Notes: a model not told the origin generated them from the sequence alone. A stretch of 64,000 bases of DNA from an uncultured Gammaproteobacteria bacterium (GCA_964371245.1 CAYJKP010000001.1:123042-187041); one strand, 5' to 3'; positions 27,910 to 37,647 are shown, counted from the first letter of the stretch. Numbers and translations are program-made.

Positions 27910-28620
27910 ATGTCGACTGCATCACAATTAGGCAAAACAGTTCTCTATCTATTCTTCAAGAAACACAAGATTGTTTCAGGCATATTAGTAGTGCTTATTC
28001 TCACGATCGGATCATTGGCGTTTCTGGTACCAAAATATCAAGTGATCCGCAATCAAGGATTGCTTAGCTCCGGGAATAAGAAGAAACAACTGACCGAGCG
28101 GCAAAATTATCTTGATCGGCTCCAAAAAATGGTTAATCTCTATCGCGGTATCCAAAAAACCGACCTGGATAAGCTCCAGCAGATCCTCCCGGACAGTCAA
28201 GAGGTTCCGGAGCTTTTCGTAATGATTGATCAGATCGGCAAGGATCTCTCGAGTAAAGGCGTGAACGTAACGATCACGCGTATCTCGCTGACGCCCCAAA
28301 CACTCGCGTCGACCAATGTCAGCGCGCCGGCAGGTGATTATAATCAAAATCGCCAAGGCGGAGTTTCGAGCCTGCTGAGCCCGATAACGGGGACAAATCC
28401 CGCACTGGCGACGCCGTCAGCCGTAAAAACGTACCAAATCGGAAAAATCAACGCAGTAGTTGACATGTCGGTCCGTGACCTTACCTACACAGCGTACAAG
28501 AAAATACTCGAAAGCCTGGAAAATAATATGCGCCTGTTTAATATAACCAGCATTAATTACCTGCCGGGCGCTGAGTCAGTGTCATTTAATCTCGAAACCT
28601 ATTATCTCTCATCGTCATAA
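27910..28620 (+). CDS. pilO: PilO-like protein
   Basis: TM, coiled coil, ILP...VPEL, LENNMRLFNI; follows pilN. Confidence 0.7.
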   Translation: MSTASQLGKTVLYLFFKKHKIVSGILVVLILTIGSLAFLVPKYQVIRNQGLLSSGNKKKQLTERQNYLDRLQKMVNLYRGIQKTDLDKLQQILPDSQEVPELFVMIDQIGKDLSSKGVNVTITRISLTPQTLASTNVSAPAGDYNQNRQGGVSSLLSPITGTNPALATPSAVKTYQIGKINAVVDMSVRDLTYTAYKKILESLENNMRLFNITSINYLPGAESVSFNLETYYLSSS

Positions 28621-28638
28621 TTGGAGGAGGTTTAAACT

Positions 28639-28956
28639 ATGGCCCTTGTACAAAAAAGATTAGCCCCAAAAAAGAGAAACCTTCTGGCCATCATTGTCGT
28701 GGCATTTATTGGCATATCAGCCGTGCTGGTGATACAGAATTATTGGAAGCCGGGTGTCACGACACCGACTGATGACGGTTCATCCGAAACCCTCAACGTC
28801 CGCGACGTGCCTATTTACACCGATCTCGGCGTCGATGTCTTACAGGACGTGCGTTGGCAGGAGCTGAAAATGCCAAAGATGACACTCCCGATCGAGCCCG
28901 GCGTGGTCGGTCGCGCGAACCCCTTTGTTGACGCGCCGCCAAAATCGACCCAGTAA
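28639..28956 (+). CDS. Small PilP-like membrane protein
   Basis: TM plus C-terminal GRANPF motif; position after pilO. Confidence 0.55.
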   Translation: MALVQKRLAPKKRNLLAIIVVAFIGISAVLVIQNYWKPGVTTPTDDGSSETLNVRDVPIYTDLGVDVLQDVRWQELKMPKMTLPIEPGVVGRANPFVDAPPKSTQ

Positions 28957-28970
28957 TACATCGCAAACAC

Positions 28971-30737
28971 ATGGGCGACAACCCGATCGCGAATAATCCA
29001 TCCGCCAGACTCAATTTTTTAGACTACCTTGTCAAAGGCAGTCTTGCGACGGCTGAGCAGATTGAGGAATGGAAGCGCAACGCTCGTTCAAAAAACATGA
29101 GCGTTATTGAGATAATCGAAGACGCCCAGGTTATTAAAGACGACGCGCTGCTCCAAGCGAAAAGCGAAGCCTACTCGCTGCCATCGGTCGATCTTTTTGG
29201 TCGCGTGGTCACGCCCGATGTGTTGCGCGTTATCCCTCAGGAAATCGCCACGAATTATAAAATCATCTGTTTCGCGCAAAGCGGCAAAGAGGTGAGCATC
29301 GGCATGGTTGACCCTGGCAACTATAAAGCGATCGAAGCGGTTGAATACATCGCCCGGGAAAATCACTATCAGGTCAAATATTTCATCATTAGTGGAAATT
29401 CATATAAATTCCTCCTCCGTCAATACGAAAGCTTGAGCTCGGAAGTAGCCGAAGCGCTCGAGGGCGCGGGAAATGAGATAGGCGTCGAAGTGGGCGAAAA
29501 GGTAGAAATCGCTGAAAAAGGTTTTGAAGAAGTAGTTCGTTCAGCGCCGGTGGCGAAAATGGTGAATGTTATTTTGGAGCATGCCGTTGAAGGGAAGGCC
29601 TCAGATGTCCATATTGAACCGCTGGCCGAAGACACCCGGGTACGGTATCGGATCGATGGTATTTTACATACTTCGTTGATTTTACCGAAAACGGTTCATT
29701 CCTCGATTGTCGCGCGCATCAAAGTATTGGCCAACCTGAAAATCGACGAAACACGCGTACCGCAAGACGGACGGTTTCGAAGAAAGTTTGAAACGGGCGA
29801 TGTTGATTTCCGTGTTTCTACGTTGCCCGTCGTCGGGAACGAGAAGGTGGTGATGCGGATACTCGACACCTCGTCAAACGTTCTTGATTTGGAACGGCTT
29901 GGCTTCTGGGGCAAGAGCTTGGAAAAAATGATTGATAATATCGACCGGCCGCACGGCATGTTCTTGATTACTGGGCCGACCGGTTCCGGAAAATCGACCA
30001 CCCTCTATGCCTTGCTGCATATATTGAACGAGGATTCCGTCAATATTATCACCCTCGAAGATCCGGTCGAGTATTACCAAAAAGGGGTCAATCAATCTCA
30101 GGTGAATCCCGAAGTCGGCCTCACCTTCGCGCGCGGCTTACGGTCTATTCTGCGTCAGGATCCGGACATTATCATGGTTGGCGAGATACGCGACAGTGAA
30201 ACCGCTGAATTGGCTGTCCATGCCAGCTTGACGGGTCATATCGTGCTCTCGACGCTGCATACCAACGATGCCTTCGGCGCGGTGCCGCGCTTGGTCGACA
30301 TGAAAATAGAACCCTTTCTATTAACCTCATCGCTCAACCTGGTCATGGCCCAACGCTTGGTCCGACGCCTGTGCGATTATTGCAAAGAGGAGATGGTGCT
30401 GCCGAAGCGCTATGAAGATGAGGCCTTCCGGACATTATCGCTCTTGCCAAAAGACGCCATGCCGAAGAATTTCAAACTGGCCAAGCCGATGAAATTCTAT
30501 AAAGGGAAAGGTTGCGCTCGCTGCGAAAATACCGGCTACAAGGGCCGCGTCGCCTTAGCCGAGATACTCGAAGTCACCGAGGAATTGAAACGTATCATTT
30601 TGGCTGGGTCAGACCAGGATAAGATCAAAGAAGAGTTCAAGCGACAAGGGATGCACTCAATGCTCCAGGATGGTTTTATCAAGGCGATCCAGGGTCTGAC
30701 CACGATCGAAGAAATAATGAAAGTTACCAAAGAATAA
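28971..30737 (+). CDS. pilB: Type IV pilus extension ATPase PilB/GspE
   Basis: ASDVHIEP, GPTGSGKST, TLEDPVEY, LRQDPDIIMVGEIRD, GH.VLSTLHTN, tetra-Cys motif. Confidence 0.95.
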   Translation: MGDNPIANNPSARLNFLDYLVKGSLATAEQIEEWKRNARSKNMSVIEIIEDAQVIKDDALLQAKSEAYSLPSVDLFGRVVTPDVLRVIPQEIATNYKIICFAQSGKEVSIGMVDPGNYKAIEAVEYIARENHYQVKYFIISGNSYKFLLRQYESLSSEVAEALEGAGNEIGVEVGEKVEIAEKGFEEVVRSAPVAKMVNVILEHAVEGKASDVHIEPLAEDTRVRYRIDGILHTSLILPKTVHSSIVARIKVLANLKIDETRVPQDGRFRRKFETGDVDFRVSTLPVVGNEKVVMRILDTSSNVLDLERLGFWGKSLEKMIDNIDRPHGMFLITGPTGSGKSTTLYALLHILNEDSVNIITLEDPVEYYQKGVNQSQVNPEVGLTFARGLRSILRQDPDIIMVGEIRDSETAELAVHASLTGHIVLSTLHTNDAFGAVPRLVDMKIEPFLLTSSLNLVMAQRLVRRLCDYCKEEMVLPKRYEDEAFRTLSLLPKDAMPKNFKLAKPMKFYKGKGCARCENTGYKGRVALAEILEVTEELKRIILAGSDQDKIKEEFKRQGMHSMLQDGFIKAIQGLTTIEEIMKVTKE

Positions 30738-30749
30738 TCGTTCATCCGT

Positions 30750-31175
30750 ATGGCACCGAGCGAGAAAACAACAAAAAAAGAGAGTCTGAGTCGAGGCAAA
30801 CGGAAAATCCTGCTCGTTGAGGACGACACCTTTATTTCCGGAATGTATATTGCCAAGCTTGCTCTCGAAAACTTCGATGTCCTGCTGGCAACTGACGGGG
30901 AGATGGGCTTAGAATTCGCTCGGAAACAAAAGCCCGATTTAATCCTGCTTGACCTGATGCTGCCGAAGCTTGACGGCTACGGCGTGCTCAAGGTGTTAAA
31001 GAAAAGTCCGGCCCTCGCCAAGATTCCGGTCATACTCCTGACGAACTTAAATCAGCAGGAATCGATCGACAAGGCCAGGAAATACCAGATTGAAGATTAT
31101 CTCATCAAAGCGCATTTCATGCCGTCCGAGGTCATCGAAAAGGTGAAAGTCGTGTTGCGTAAATACCGACGCTAA
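30750..31175 (+). CDS. Single-domain response regulator
   Basis: LLVEDD, PDLILLDLMLP..DG, conserved T and K. Confidence 0.92.
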   Translation: MAPSEKTTKKESLSRGKRKILLVEDDTFISGMYIAKLALENFDVLLATDGEMGLEFARKQKPDLILLDLMLPKLDGYGVLKVLKKSPALAKIPVILLTNLNQQESIDKARKYQIEDYLIKAHFMPSEVIEKVKVVLRKYRR

Positions 31176-31180
31176 AAACC

Positions 31181-32257
31181 ATGCCAGACACAACCACCCA
31201 ACTCGGTTTATCAAAACTGCTCAGCCAAGTGGCCGAATACAAGGCCTCGGCCTTGCATTTATCTGTCGGCAATCCGCCGATTCTCCGGGTCGATGAAAAA
31301 CTTCTGCCGATCGAAAGCGAAGGCATCATGACACCCGACCGGATAGAGAAGATCGCGTTTTCGTTCTTAAACGCTGATCAAAAAGCCGAGCTTGAGGCGC
31401 AGAAAGAAATTGTCTTCACATATTCCTTCGAGGAACGAGCGCGTTTTAAAGTGAGTATTTTCTATCAAAAAGGCTATCTGTCCGTCTCCTTGCGCTATAT
31501 CCCGACCGTGGTGCCGACGCTCCATGAGCTCGGCCTGCCCTCGATCGTCGAACGGTTTACTCATCTGAAAAAGGGCTTGGTGCTGGTGACCGGCCCCTTC
31601 GGCTCAGGCAAGACAACAACACTGGCCTCACTCGTTGATGCTATCAATCAGAGTCGGTCAGAATACATCATTTCCATTGAACGGCCAATCGAGTATCTTT
31701 TCACAAATAATAAAAGCATTGTCGAACAGCGCGAGGTCGGTCGAGACACGCAGAGTATCCAGAAGGCGCTCTTCAATATCCCGCAAGAGGACATGAATGT
31801 GGTGATGATTTCCGAGATGGAAACACCCGAAATTATGGAGCTTGTCTTCACGGTTGTTGAATCAGGCCGCCTGGTGTTCTCTTCGATGAATACCGACTCA
31901 GCCTATAAGACGATTGAGCGGATCATCAATAGCTTCCCAGATCAAAAACACGAGCAAATACGTCTCCAATTGGCTGACGCGCTCGAAGGGGTGATCAGCC
32001 AGCGTTTATTGCCGCGCGTCGGCGGTGGGAAAGTTGTGGCGGCGGAAATATTAGTCCCGGCGCCGGCCGTCAAGGCGATCATGAAGGAGGGCTCCATTTA
32101 TCAGCTCAATACAATACTCCAGACCTCTCGAGAAGAGGGGATGATCTCGCTTGATCGCGCACTGGCCGACCTCGTGAAAGCGGGGGACGTCCTGATGGAA
32201 GACGCGCTGGCCCATGCCGTCGATAAGAACGGTTTTAAAATGATGATTCGTATATAA
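31181..32257 (+). CDS. pilT: PilT/PilU-like retraction ATPase (degenerate motifs)
   Basis: ASALHLSVGNPP, GPFGSGKTT, QREVG.DT, SQRLLP; altered Asp box, Walker B and His box. Confidence 0.85.
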   Translation: MPDTTTQLGLSKLLSQVAEYKASALHLSVGNPPILRVDEKLLPIESEGIMTPDRIEKIAFSFLNADQKAELEAQKEIVFTYSFEERARFKVSIFYQKGYLSVSLRYIPTVVPTLHELGLPSIVERFTHLKKGLVLVTGPFGSGKTTTLASLVDAINQSRSEYIISIERPIEYLFTNNKSIVEQREVGRDTQSIQKALFNIPQEDMNVVMISEMETPEIMELVFTVVESGRLVFSSMNTDSAYKTIERIINSFPDQKHEQIRLQLADALEGVISQRLLPRVGGGKVVAAEILVPAPAVKAIMKEGSIYQLNTILQTSREEGMISLDRALADLVKAGDVLMEDALAHAVDKNGFKMMIRI

Positions 32258-32260
32258 CCT

Positions 32261-33469
32261 ATGGCAATTTTTGATTATCGAGCTAAAGATCACCAAGGCA
32301 ACACTGTTTCCGGCGTGATCGAGGCGCCGACTGAGAACGTGGCGGCCGAACTTTTGACCGAGCGGCGGTATATTATTTTAAATCTCGCGCCGCGACGAAA
32401 AGCCGTCCTCTTTCAGAGCTCGCTCGGGTTTTTGAATCGCGTCCCCATGCGGGAAGTCGTGATCTTTTCGCGTCAGCTCGCGGTCATGATCAACACGGCC
32501 GTACCAATCGTCCAGGCGCTTCGGATCCTCGTGAAACAAACCAAGACGGTTGCTTTTAAAATTATTATCTCGGAGATTGCCGACGAGGTTGACGGTGGGG
32601 CAAAACTCTCAACCGCGCTGAGCCGGTACCCGCAAGTGTATTCAGAATTTTTCGTACACATGATTCGATCGGGTGAAACAACGGGCAAACTCGATGAAAC
32701 CCTGAATTATCTCGCTGACCAGCTGGAGAAGGACTATGATCTCAACAGCCGGATCAAGGGCGCGATGATCTACCCGGCCTTCATCCTGACGGCTATTGTC
32801 GGTGTCGGTATCGTGATGATGATTTATGTCATACCAAAACTGACCGCCGTGTTGGAAGAAAGCGGGACCAAACTTCCCTGGTCGACAAAGCTCATGATTA
32901 ATACGAGCAAATTTCTGAAACAGGACTGGTGGCTCGTGGTCTTGATACTGATTGGGCTCGGTTTTCTCTATCGTCTGATTACGCACACCAACGCTGGCCG
33001 GCGGCAAATGGATGCGATGAAGATACGGATGCCGATCTTTGGCAATTTGTTCCAAAAAATATATTTGACCCGGTTTACGCGGAGCATTGCCACGCTCATC
33101 ATGGGCGGCATCCCGCTGTCCCGGACCCTGGAAATAGTGGCTGACATCGTTGGAAATAGCGTCTATAAGGAGTTGACCCTCGATACAATCGCGGTGATCG
33201 AGGATGGCAGCTCGATCGCCACCTTGTTCGCGAAGAGCCGTGATGTCCCGCCGATGCTGACGCAAATGATGACGGTCGGCGAGCAAACCGGGAAGCTCGA
33301 CGTGATTTTGTCGAAATTGTCAGATTTTTATTCAAAAGAGGTGGATAATCTCATCCGCAATCTCGTCTCGTTGATGGAACCGGTGATCATGTTGGTTTTG
33401 GCGATCGGCGTCGCCGTACTGGTCATGGCCATATTGTTACCCATGTATAACCTATCGTCGGCGATATAA
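32261..33469 (+). CDS. pilC: Type IV pilus platform protein PilC/GspF
   Basis: FSRQLA, GETTGKLD, AMIYPA, GEQTGKLD, EP repeats. Confidence 0.95.
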   Translation: MAIFDYRAKDHQGNTVSGVIEAPTENVAAELLTERRYIILNLAPRRKAVLFQSSLGFLNRVPMREVVIFSRQLAVMINTAVPIVQALRILVKQTKTVAFKIIISEIADEVDGGAKLSTALSRYPQVYSEFFVHMIRSGETTGKLDETLNYLADQLEKDYDLNSRIKGAMIYPAFILTAIVGVGIVMMIYVIPKLTAVLEESGTKLPWSTKLMINTSKFLKQDWWLVVLILIGLGFLYRLITHTNAGRRQMDAMKIRMPIFGNLFQKIYLTRFTRSIATLIMGGIPLSRTLEIVADIVGNSVYKELTLDTIAVIEDGSSIATLFAKSRDVPPMLTQMMTVGEQTGKLDVILSKLSDFYSKEVDNLIRNLVSLMEPVIMLVLAIGVAVLVMAILLPMYNLSSAI

Positions 33470-33637
33470 TATTTGCATTGGCTAAATTTGACATTGTTCT
33501 TTTCCAATAATTGTGCTATAATATAGCATAGTGAGCTGTGATGATAACGGATATAGGTCGATTTATAATAATTTACCATCATGCTTTTAGGCTGGTTCTA
33601 GAGTGGCCTAAAGGCCTCAACGAAAGGGGGTGAACAA

Positions 33638-34183
33638 ATGAAAAACAAAAAAGGTTTTACTTTGATTGAGTTACTCGTGGTCATCGCGATCATCGGGTTA
33701 CTCGCCTCACTCGCTCTCGTCGCCTTAGGCGGCGCGCAGAAGAAAGCACGTAATTCCAAGCGCATGGCTGACATCCGGACGCTCCAATCGGCGATCGAAC
33801 TTTGTATCAACGAAGGCGGTCGCGTACCGACCGACCCAGCAGACTGGGGAGGCCTAGCGGATGCTGTTTGTGCGGAAGCACCTGCAACTTCACCAACAGT
33901 CGGACAATTTCTAGCATCAACTGCGGTTCCAACGCCACCTCAATCGTGCACGGCTTGGGCGACGGGTGATTGTTATGCGTATTGTGCGCAACCAGCTAAT
34001 AGCATCTATCTATTGGCTGCCCGCATGGAAGGCTCTGACGACATATCGGGTGACAACGACACTAATACCCTCTATGCCGCAGGTGAATGCATGAATAGTA
34101 ACGACAATCCGAATGCCGGTGCCCTCTTGGCTGCCTTTTGCGATGATGGCGGCACGAACTCAATGTTCTGTCTCGGTAAATAG
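33638..34183 (+). CDS. Type IV pilin (likely major pilin)
   Basis: KKG|FTLIELLVVIAIIG class III signal; SD AAAGGGGG; own promoter-like TGnTATAAT and terminator. Confidence 0.92.
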   Translation: MKNKKGFTLIELLVVIAIIGLLASLALVALGGAQKKARNSKRMADIRTLQSAIELCINEGGRVPTDPADWGGLADAVCAEAPATSPTVGQFLASTAVPTPPQSCTAWATGDCYAYCAQPANSIYLLAARMEGSDDISGDNDTNTLYAAGECMNSNDNPNAGALLAAFCDDGGTNSMFCLGK

Positions 34184-34198
34184 GATCGGATAGCAAAT

Positions 34199-34231
34199 AC
34201 TATAAAAGGGGACTCGTTCCCCTTTTATAGT
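34199..34231. terminator. Strong hairpin terminator after pilin
   Basis: ACTATAAAAGGGGA-CTCGT-TCCCCTTTTATAGT 14-bp stem. Confidence 0.7.
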
Positions 34232-34271
34232 GCCTATGTTCTCGTTCCTGAATCTATGATATAATCATATC

Positions 34272-34844
34272 ATGAGTACCCACAGGATGAAGACGCGGAT
34301 ATCACATGGATTTACCCTAATAGAGCTGCTTGTCGTCATTGCGATCATCGGCCTTTTGTCGACATTAGCCCTCATGGCATTCCAGGGCGCACAGAAGAAA
34401 GCGCGTGATGCCAAACGCTGGTCAGATGTTCGGGCGATGCAGTCGGCGATTGAGCTGTGCATCAATGAGGGCGGGGCCGCGCCAGCTGCAGCGGCCACCT
34501 GGTCAGGCATGATGAATGAATCCTGCGGCGGCACTACGCTACTCAAGAATTATTTCGCGAATGGCTCTCTCCCAGAACCGCCACGCGGAGAGACGTGCGC
34601 GGCAACAATGGCGGACGAGGAAGATTGTTATATGTACTGCAAAAAGACAAGCCGAGACAACTATATTCTCTACTCAAACTATGAGGGAACAGCACCGGCT
34701 GGCGGCGAAAATGGAGCCGTGAGTAATTACGATCCGGGAACCGAATGCATTTTAAGCAATAATGACCGTCCAAACGCGCTGCCAACCTGTTCGCCGATCG
34801 CTGGCGGCACGTTCTGCCTGGGTAAGCTGGATGGGAATATATAA
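34272..34844 (+). CDS. Type IV pilin paralog
   Basis: HG|FTLIELLVVIAIIG; shares QSAIELCINEGG and FCLGK with upstream pilin. Confidence 0.92.
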   Translation: MSTHRMKTRISHGFTLIELLVVIAIIGLLSTLALMAFQGAQKKARDAKRWSDVRAMQSAIELCINEGGAAPAAAATWSGMMNESCGGTTLLKNYFANGSLPEPPRGETCAATMADEEDCYMYCKKTSRDNYILYSNYEGTAPAGGENGAVSNYDPGTECILSNNDRPNALPTCSPIAGGTFCLGKLDGNI

Positions 34845-34901
34845 ATCCTAGAAGAATCACAAATATATTGACGGGAAATAAATATTTCGCGTCATTTTAT
34901 T

Positions 34902-35426
34902 GTGACACAAAGGAGAATCTATCAAACCGAATACCCGTATTTCGTGACGTTTCGGACGAGCGGCGATAACCCGTTTTTTGAAGAGACGAAACACGCGGCA
35001 TCGTTATCGCGTATTATATTCCAGGCCGGGAAATTAAAAGGATATGACATTTTGTCGTATCAAATCATGCCGGATCATGTGCATTTGTTGATTCATAAAA
35101 TGCCCCAAGCGCACCTCTCCGTGGGTGCGCGCGGTTGTTTAAATGTGAGCGCGGGCGCGGAGACCCGCGCTCGGGGGTATAACATTTCCCAATTCATGTA
35201 TTCGGTGAAATCATATTTTATCAGACAAATACGAGATAAAGATGAAATTATGGACTCGATTTGGCAAAAACGCTTTTACACCCGGATCGTCAATACCCAT
35301 AAATATCTCGAAACAGCGGTGCAATATATCAAACATAACCCGGTCAAAGTATCATTGCCCAAGAAATATTACCGTGCGCCGTATCAATATGTCGATTGGG
35401 AGGCAATCAAGAAGATAATCGGGTAA
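34902..35426 (+). mobile_element. REP-associated tyrosine transposase (RAYT / IS200-like Y1 HUH)
   Basis: YFVTFRT, MPDHVHLL HUH motif, IWQKRFY, YIKHNP catalytic Tyr. Confidence 0.85.
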
Positions 35427-35530
35427 TTACCATTATTGACTTCCATGGCCACCAATGGTACACATAAGCCGCTGTCCGATAGCCGGATGGCGTGATCATT
35501 CACATTTTCCCAAGGGAGGGGCTGAACCCC

Positions 35531-37432
35531 ATGAAGACTCAACCGTCTTCCCAAATCGGTCGTCTCGCGGCCGTGGCCTGTTTTCTATTCGTCGTTGCCG
35601 GGCTGGGGCTGGTTTCCGCGCCGGTCTGGGCGCTGACCTGGACGCCGGACCTGCGCCTTTCTATTCCGCCCGATTCGGTCGGTGTTACGCCGGCGATTGC
35701 CAGCGGGCAGGACGGTCATGTGCACGTGGTGTGGGTCGGGGCACCCGGTGATGGCTGGCTCCTCAGCTACAAGCGCTGGGATGGAGCAGCGTGGTCGCTG
35801 ACCCAAGGTTTGGCTTTTAGCCAATATCGTCTGGAACGCCCCTCGATTGCCGTTGATGTGCGCGGATACGTTCACGTCGTCTTCGATGCTCAGATGACGG
35901 AAGAGCAGGATGGCGTCTACTACATGCGTTGGGACGGGATTTCCTGGAGCCAAGTCTATCGGATTAGCGATGACGAGACGGGAGGAATATGCCCGTCCAT
36001 CGCCACAGATACAAATGGGTATGTGCATGTCGCGTGGTATGGATCGGAGATTTACTACAAACGCTGGGACGGGGAGTCGTGGACACTAACCATGCAGCTC
36101 AATGATCAGCACTACTACGTATCAAACAGTCCGTGCCTGACCGCAGATGTGAACGGCAATCTGCACGCCGCGTGGATTACATGGCTGGGTACTAGTCAAC
36201 CCCGGCAGCTTTACTACAAACGCTGGAACGGATGGTCGTGGACGGCGGACTCACTTCTTGTGGACACGCCATGGGCTGAAGCTCCTGCCATCACCGCTGA
36301 TCCAGTTGGAAACGTACATCTGACATGGATTGACGGACGGATTCAATTTGACCCTCAGATCATGTACAAGCGGTGGGATGGGGCTACCTGGAGTGGGGAT
36401 GAGTCGCTGTACTATGGCATGTCGCGCATGTTTCAGCATCCGACAATCACTGCCAGCGATGACGGCAATGTTCACGTCGCCTGGACCCAATACCCTTTCG
36501 GAGGCGGGGATTCGCAACTTCTCTACAAGCTTTGGAATGGGGTGGCATCGGAGACTGAACGCACCCTCGTTTCCGGATCGTTTTCCCTGAACGGCGCGGC
36601 GATGGCTACGGATACCTATGGTAACGTCCACCTCGTATGGCAGGACGGCCGTCACTACAACACCTCCATCTACTACAAGATGCGGAAACACTGCTTGGAT
36701 GGAGATGAGTACGAAGAATGCCGATGGTACACGCCTGACCCGCTGTTCTACGAGCGCTACTCCGCTAATGCCGATACGCTATCCCAGCTGCCGGGCGTGC
36801 CGGTCTTCTACGACTCGACGCGGGTGACGATCAACCGGGGGCCGAATGACCGGTTCTATATCTCGGGCGAGCAGTACGCGCTGGCGGACTGGATCTGCGA
36901 CGACAAGCTCTACATCGACGGCGCTGACGCCGGACTGGGATTCGCGGGGGTGGCTGACTCTGCTCTCACGCTCTGCCAGCCGATCGAAGACGTGTTGATG
37001 TCAGTACCGCCGCGCGACGTGACCGACTTCATCCCGGAAGGCGATCACTGCGTGACCTTCAAGCTGGCCGACACCCAGCGCGCTATCCTCGGCAACACCA
37101 GGATCTACCTGGTTTGGCAGGATGTGTCCGGCGTGGCTGACGGTGACGCACGAGTCAGCCCGGTGCTTTCCGTGTCGCCGAATCCGGCCCAGCGATCGGC
37201 GCTATTCGAGCTGAGCGTTCCGGCCACCGGCCAGTATGCCCTGGACATCTACTCGGTTGACGGCCGGCTGGTGCGTTCGTATCCGGCGGTAAGACTGACG
37301 GCCGGCGAACAGCACCGCTGGACCTGGGACGGCCGTGATCAGCTCGGTGAAACGGCCGGACAGGGGATGTATTTCGGCGCGGCCCGTTCATCTGCCGGCC
37401 AGACCGTCAGGAAGTTGCTCATCGTCAGGTAG
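35531..37432 (+). CDS. Secreted 7-bladed beta-propeller protein with C-terminal FlgD-Ig-like domain
   Basis: Signal peptide, seven P.I..D..G.VHV.W..YYKRWDG..W repeats, PNP..IYSVDGRLVR..WDGRD..GMYF tail; strong SD. Confidence 0.85.
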   Translation: MKTQPSSQIGRLAAVACFLFVVAGLGLVSAPVWALTWTPDLRLSIPPDSVGVTPAIASGQDGHVHVVWVGAPGDGWLLSYKRWDGAAWSLTQGLAFSQYRLERPSIAVDVRGYVHVVFDAQMTEEQDGVYYMRWDGISWSQVYRISDDETGGICPSIATDTNGYVHVAWYGSEIYYKRWDGESWTLTMQLNDQHYYVSNSPCLTADVNGNLHAAWITWLGTSQPRQLYYKRWNGWSWTADSLLVDTPWAEAPAITADPVGNVHLTWIDGRIQFDPQIMYKRWDGATWSGDESLYYGMSRMFQHPTITASDDGNVHVAWTQYPFGGGDSQLLYKLWNGVASETERTLVSGSFSLNGAAMATDTYGNVHLVWQDGRHYNTSIYYKMRKHCLDGDEYEECRWYTPDPLFYERYSANADTLSQLPGVPVFYDSTRVTINRGPNDRFYISGEQYALADWICDDKLYIDGADAGLGFAGVADSALTLCQPIEDVLMSVPPRDVTDFIPEGDHCVTFKLADTQRAILGNTRIYLVWQDVSGVADGDARVSPVLSVSPNPAQRSALFELSVPATGQYALDIYSVDGRLVRSYPAVRLTAGEQHRWTWDGRDQLGETAGQGMYFGAARSSAGQTVRKLLIVR

Positions 37433-37465
37433 GCCGGAGGCCGGGCAGACCACCAGAATTCGTAC

Positions 37466-37488
37466 GCATGGAGAAATCCATGCTTTTT
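37466..37488 (+). terminator. Intrinsic terminator
   Basis: GCATGGA-GAAA-TCCATGC-TTTTT. Confidence 0.75.
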
Positions 37489-37505
37489 CATTTGCCAAAG
37501 CGCCG

Positions 37506-37609
37506 GTAGCCCGAAATCTGTGTTTCGGGCGCGGTTGTATATATTAATACAAACACGCCCCGGCATGCGCCGGGGCGTGGATTTGCGTCTCCACGGAGAT
37601 CGTAAATCC
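37506..37609. repeat. Cluster of REP-like palindromes
   Basis: GTA-GCCCGAAA/TTTCGGGC, CACGCCCCGGC/GCCGGGGCGTG, GGATTTGCG/CGTAAATCC. Confidence 0.55.
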
Positions 37610-37647
37610 GGTGTGACAAATATTAATAAGTTTGGTATAATATACTC

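Noticed and set aside
33530-33637. c-di-GMP riboswitch in the pilin leader
   Set aside because: Two plausible stems exist, but the GGCAAAC/GAAA/GACGCAAAG core is absent.
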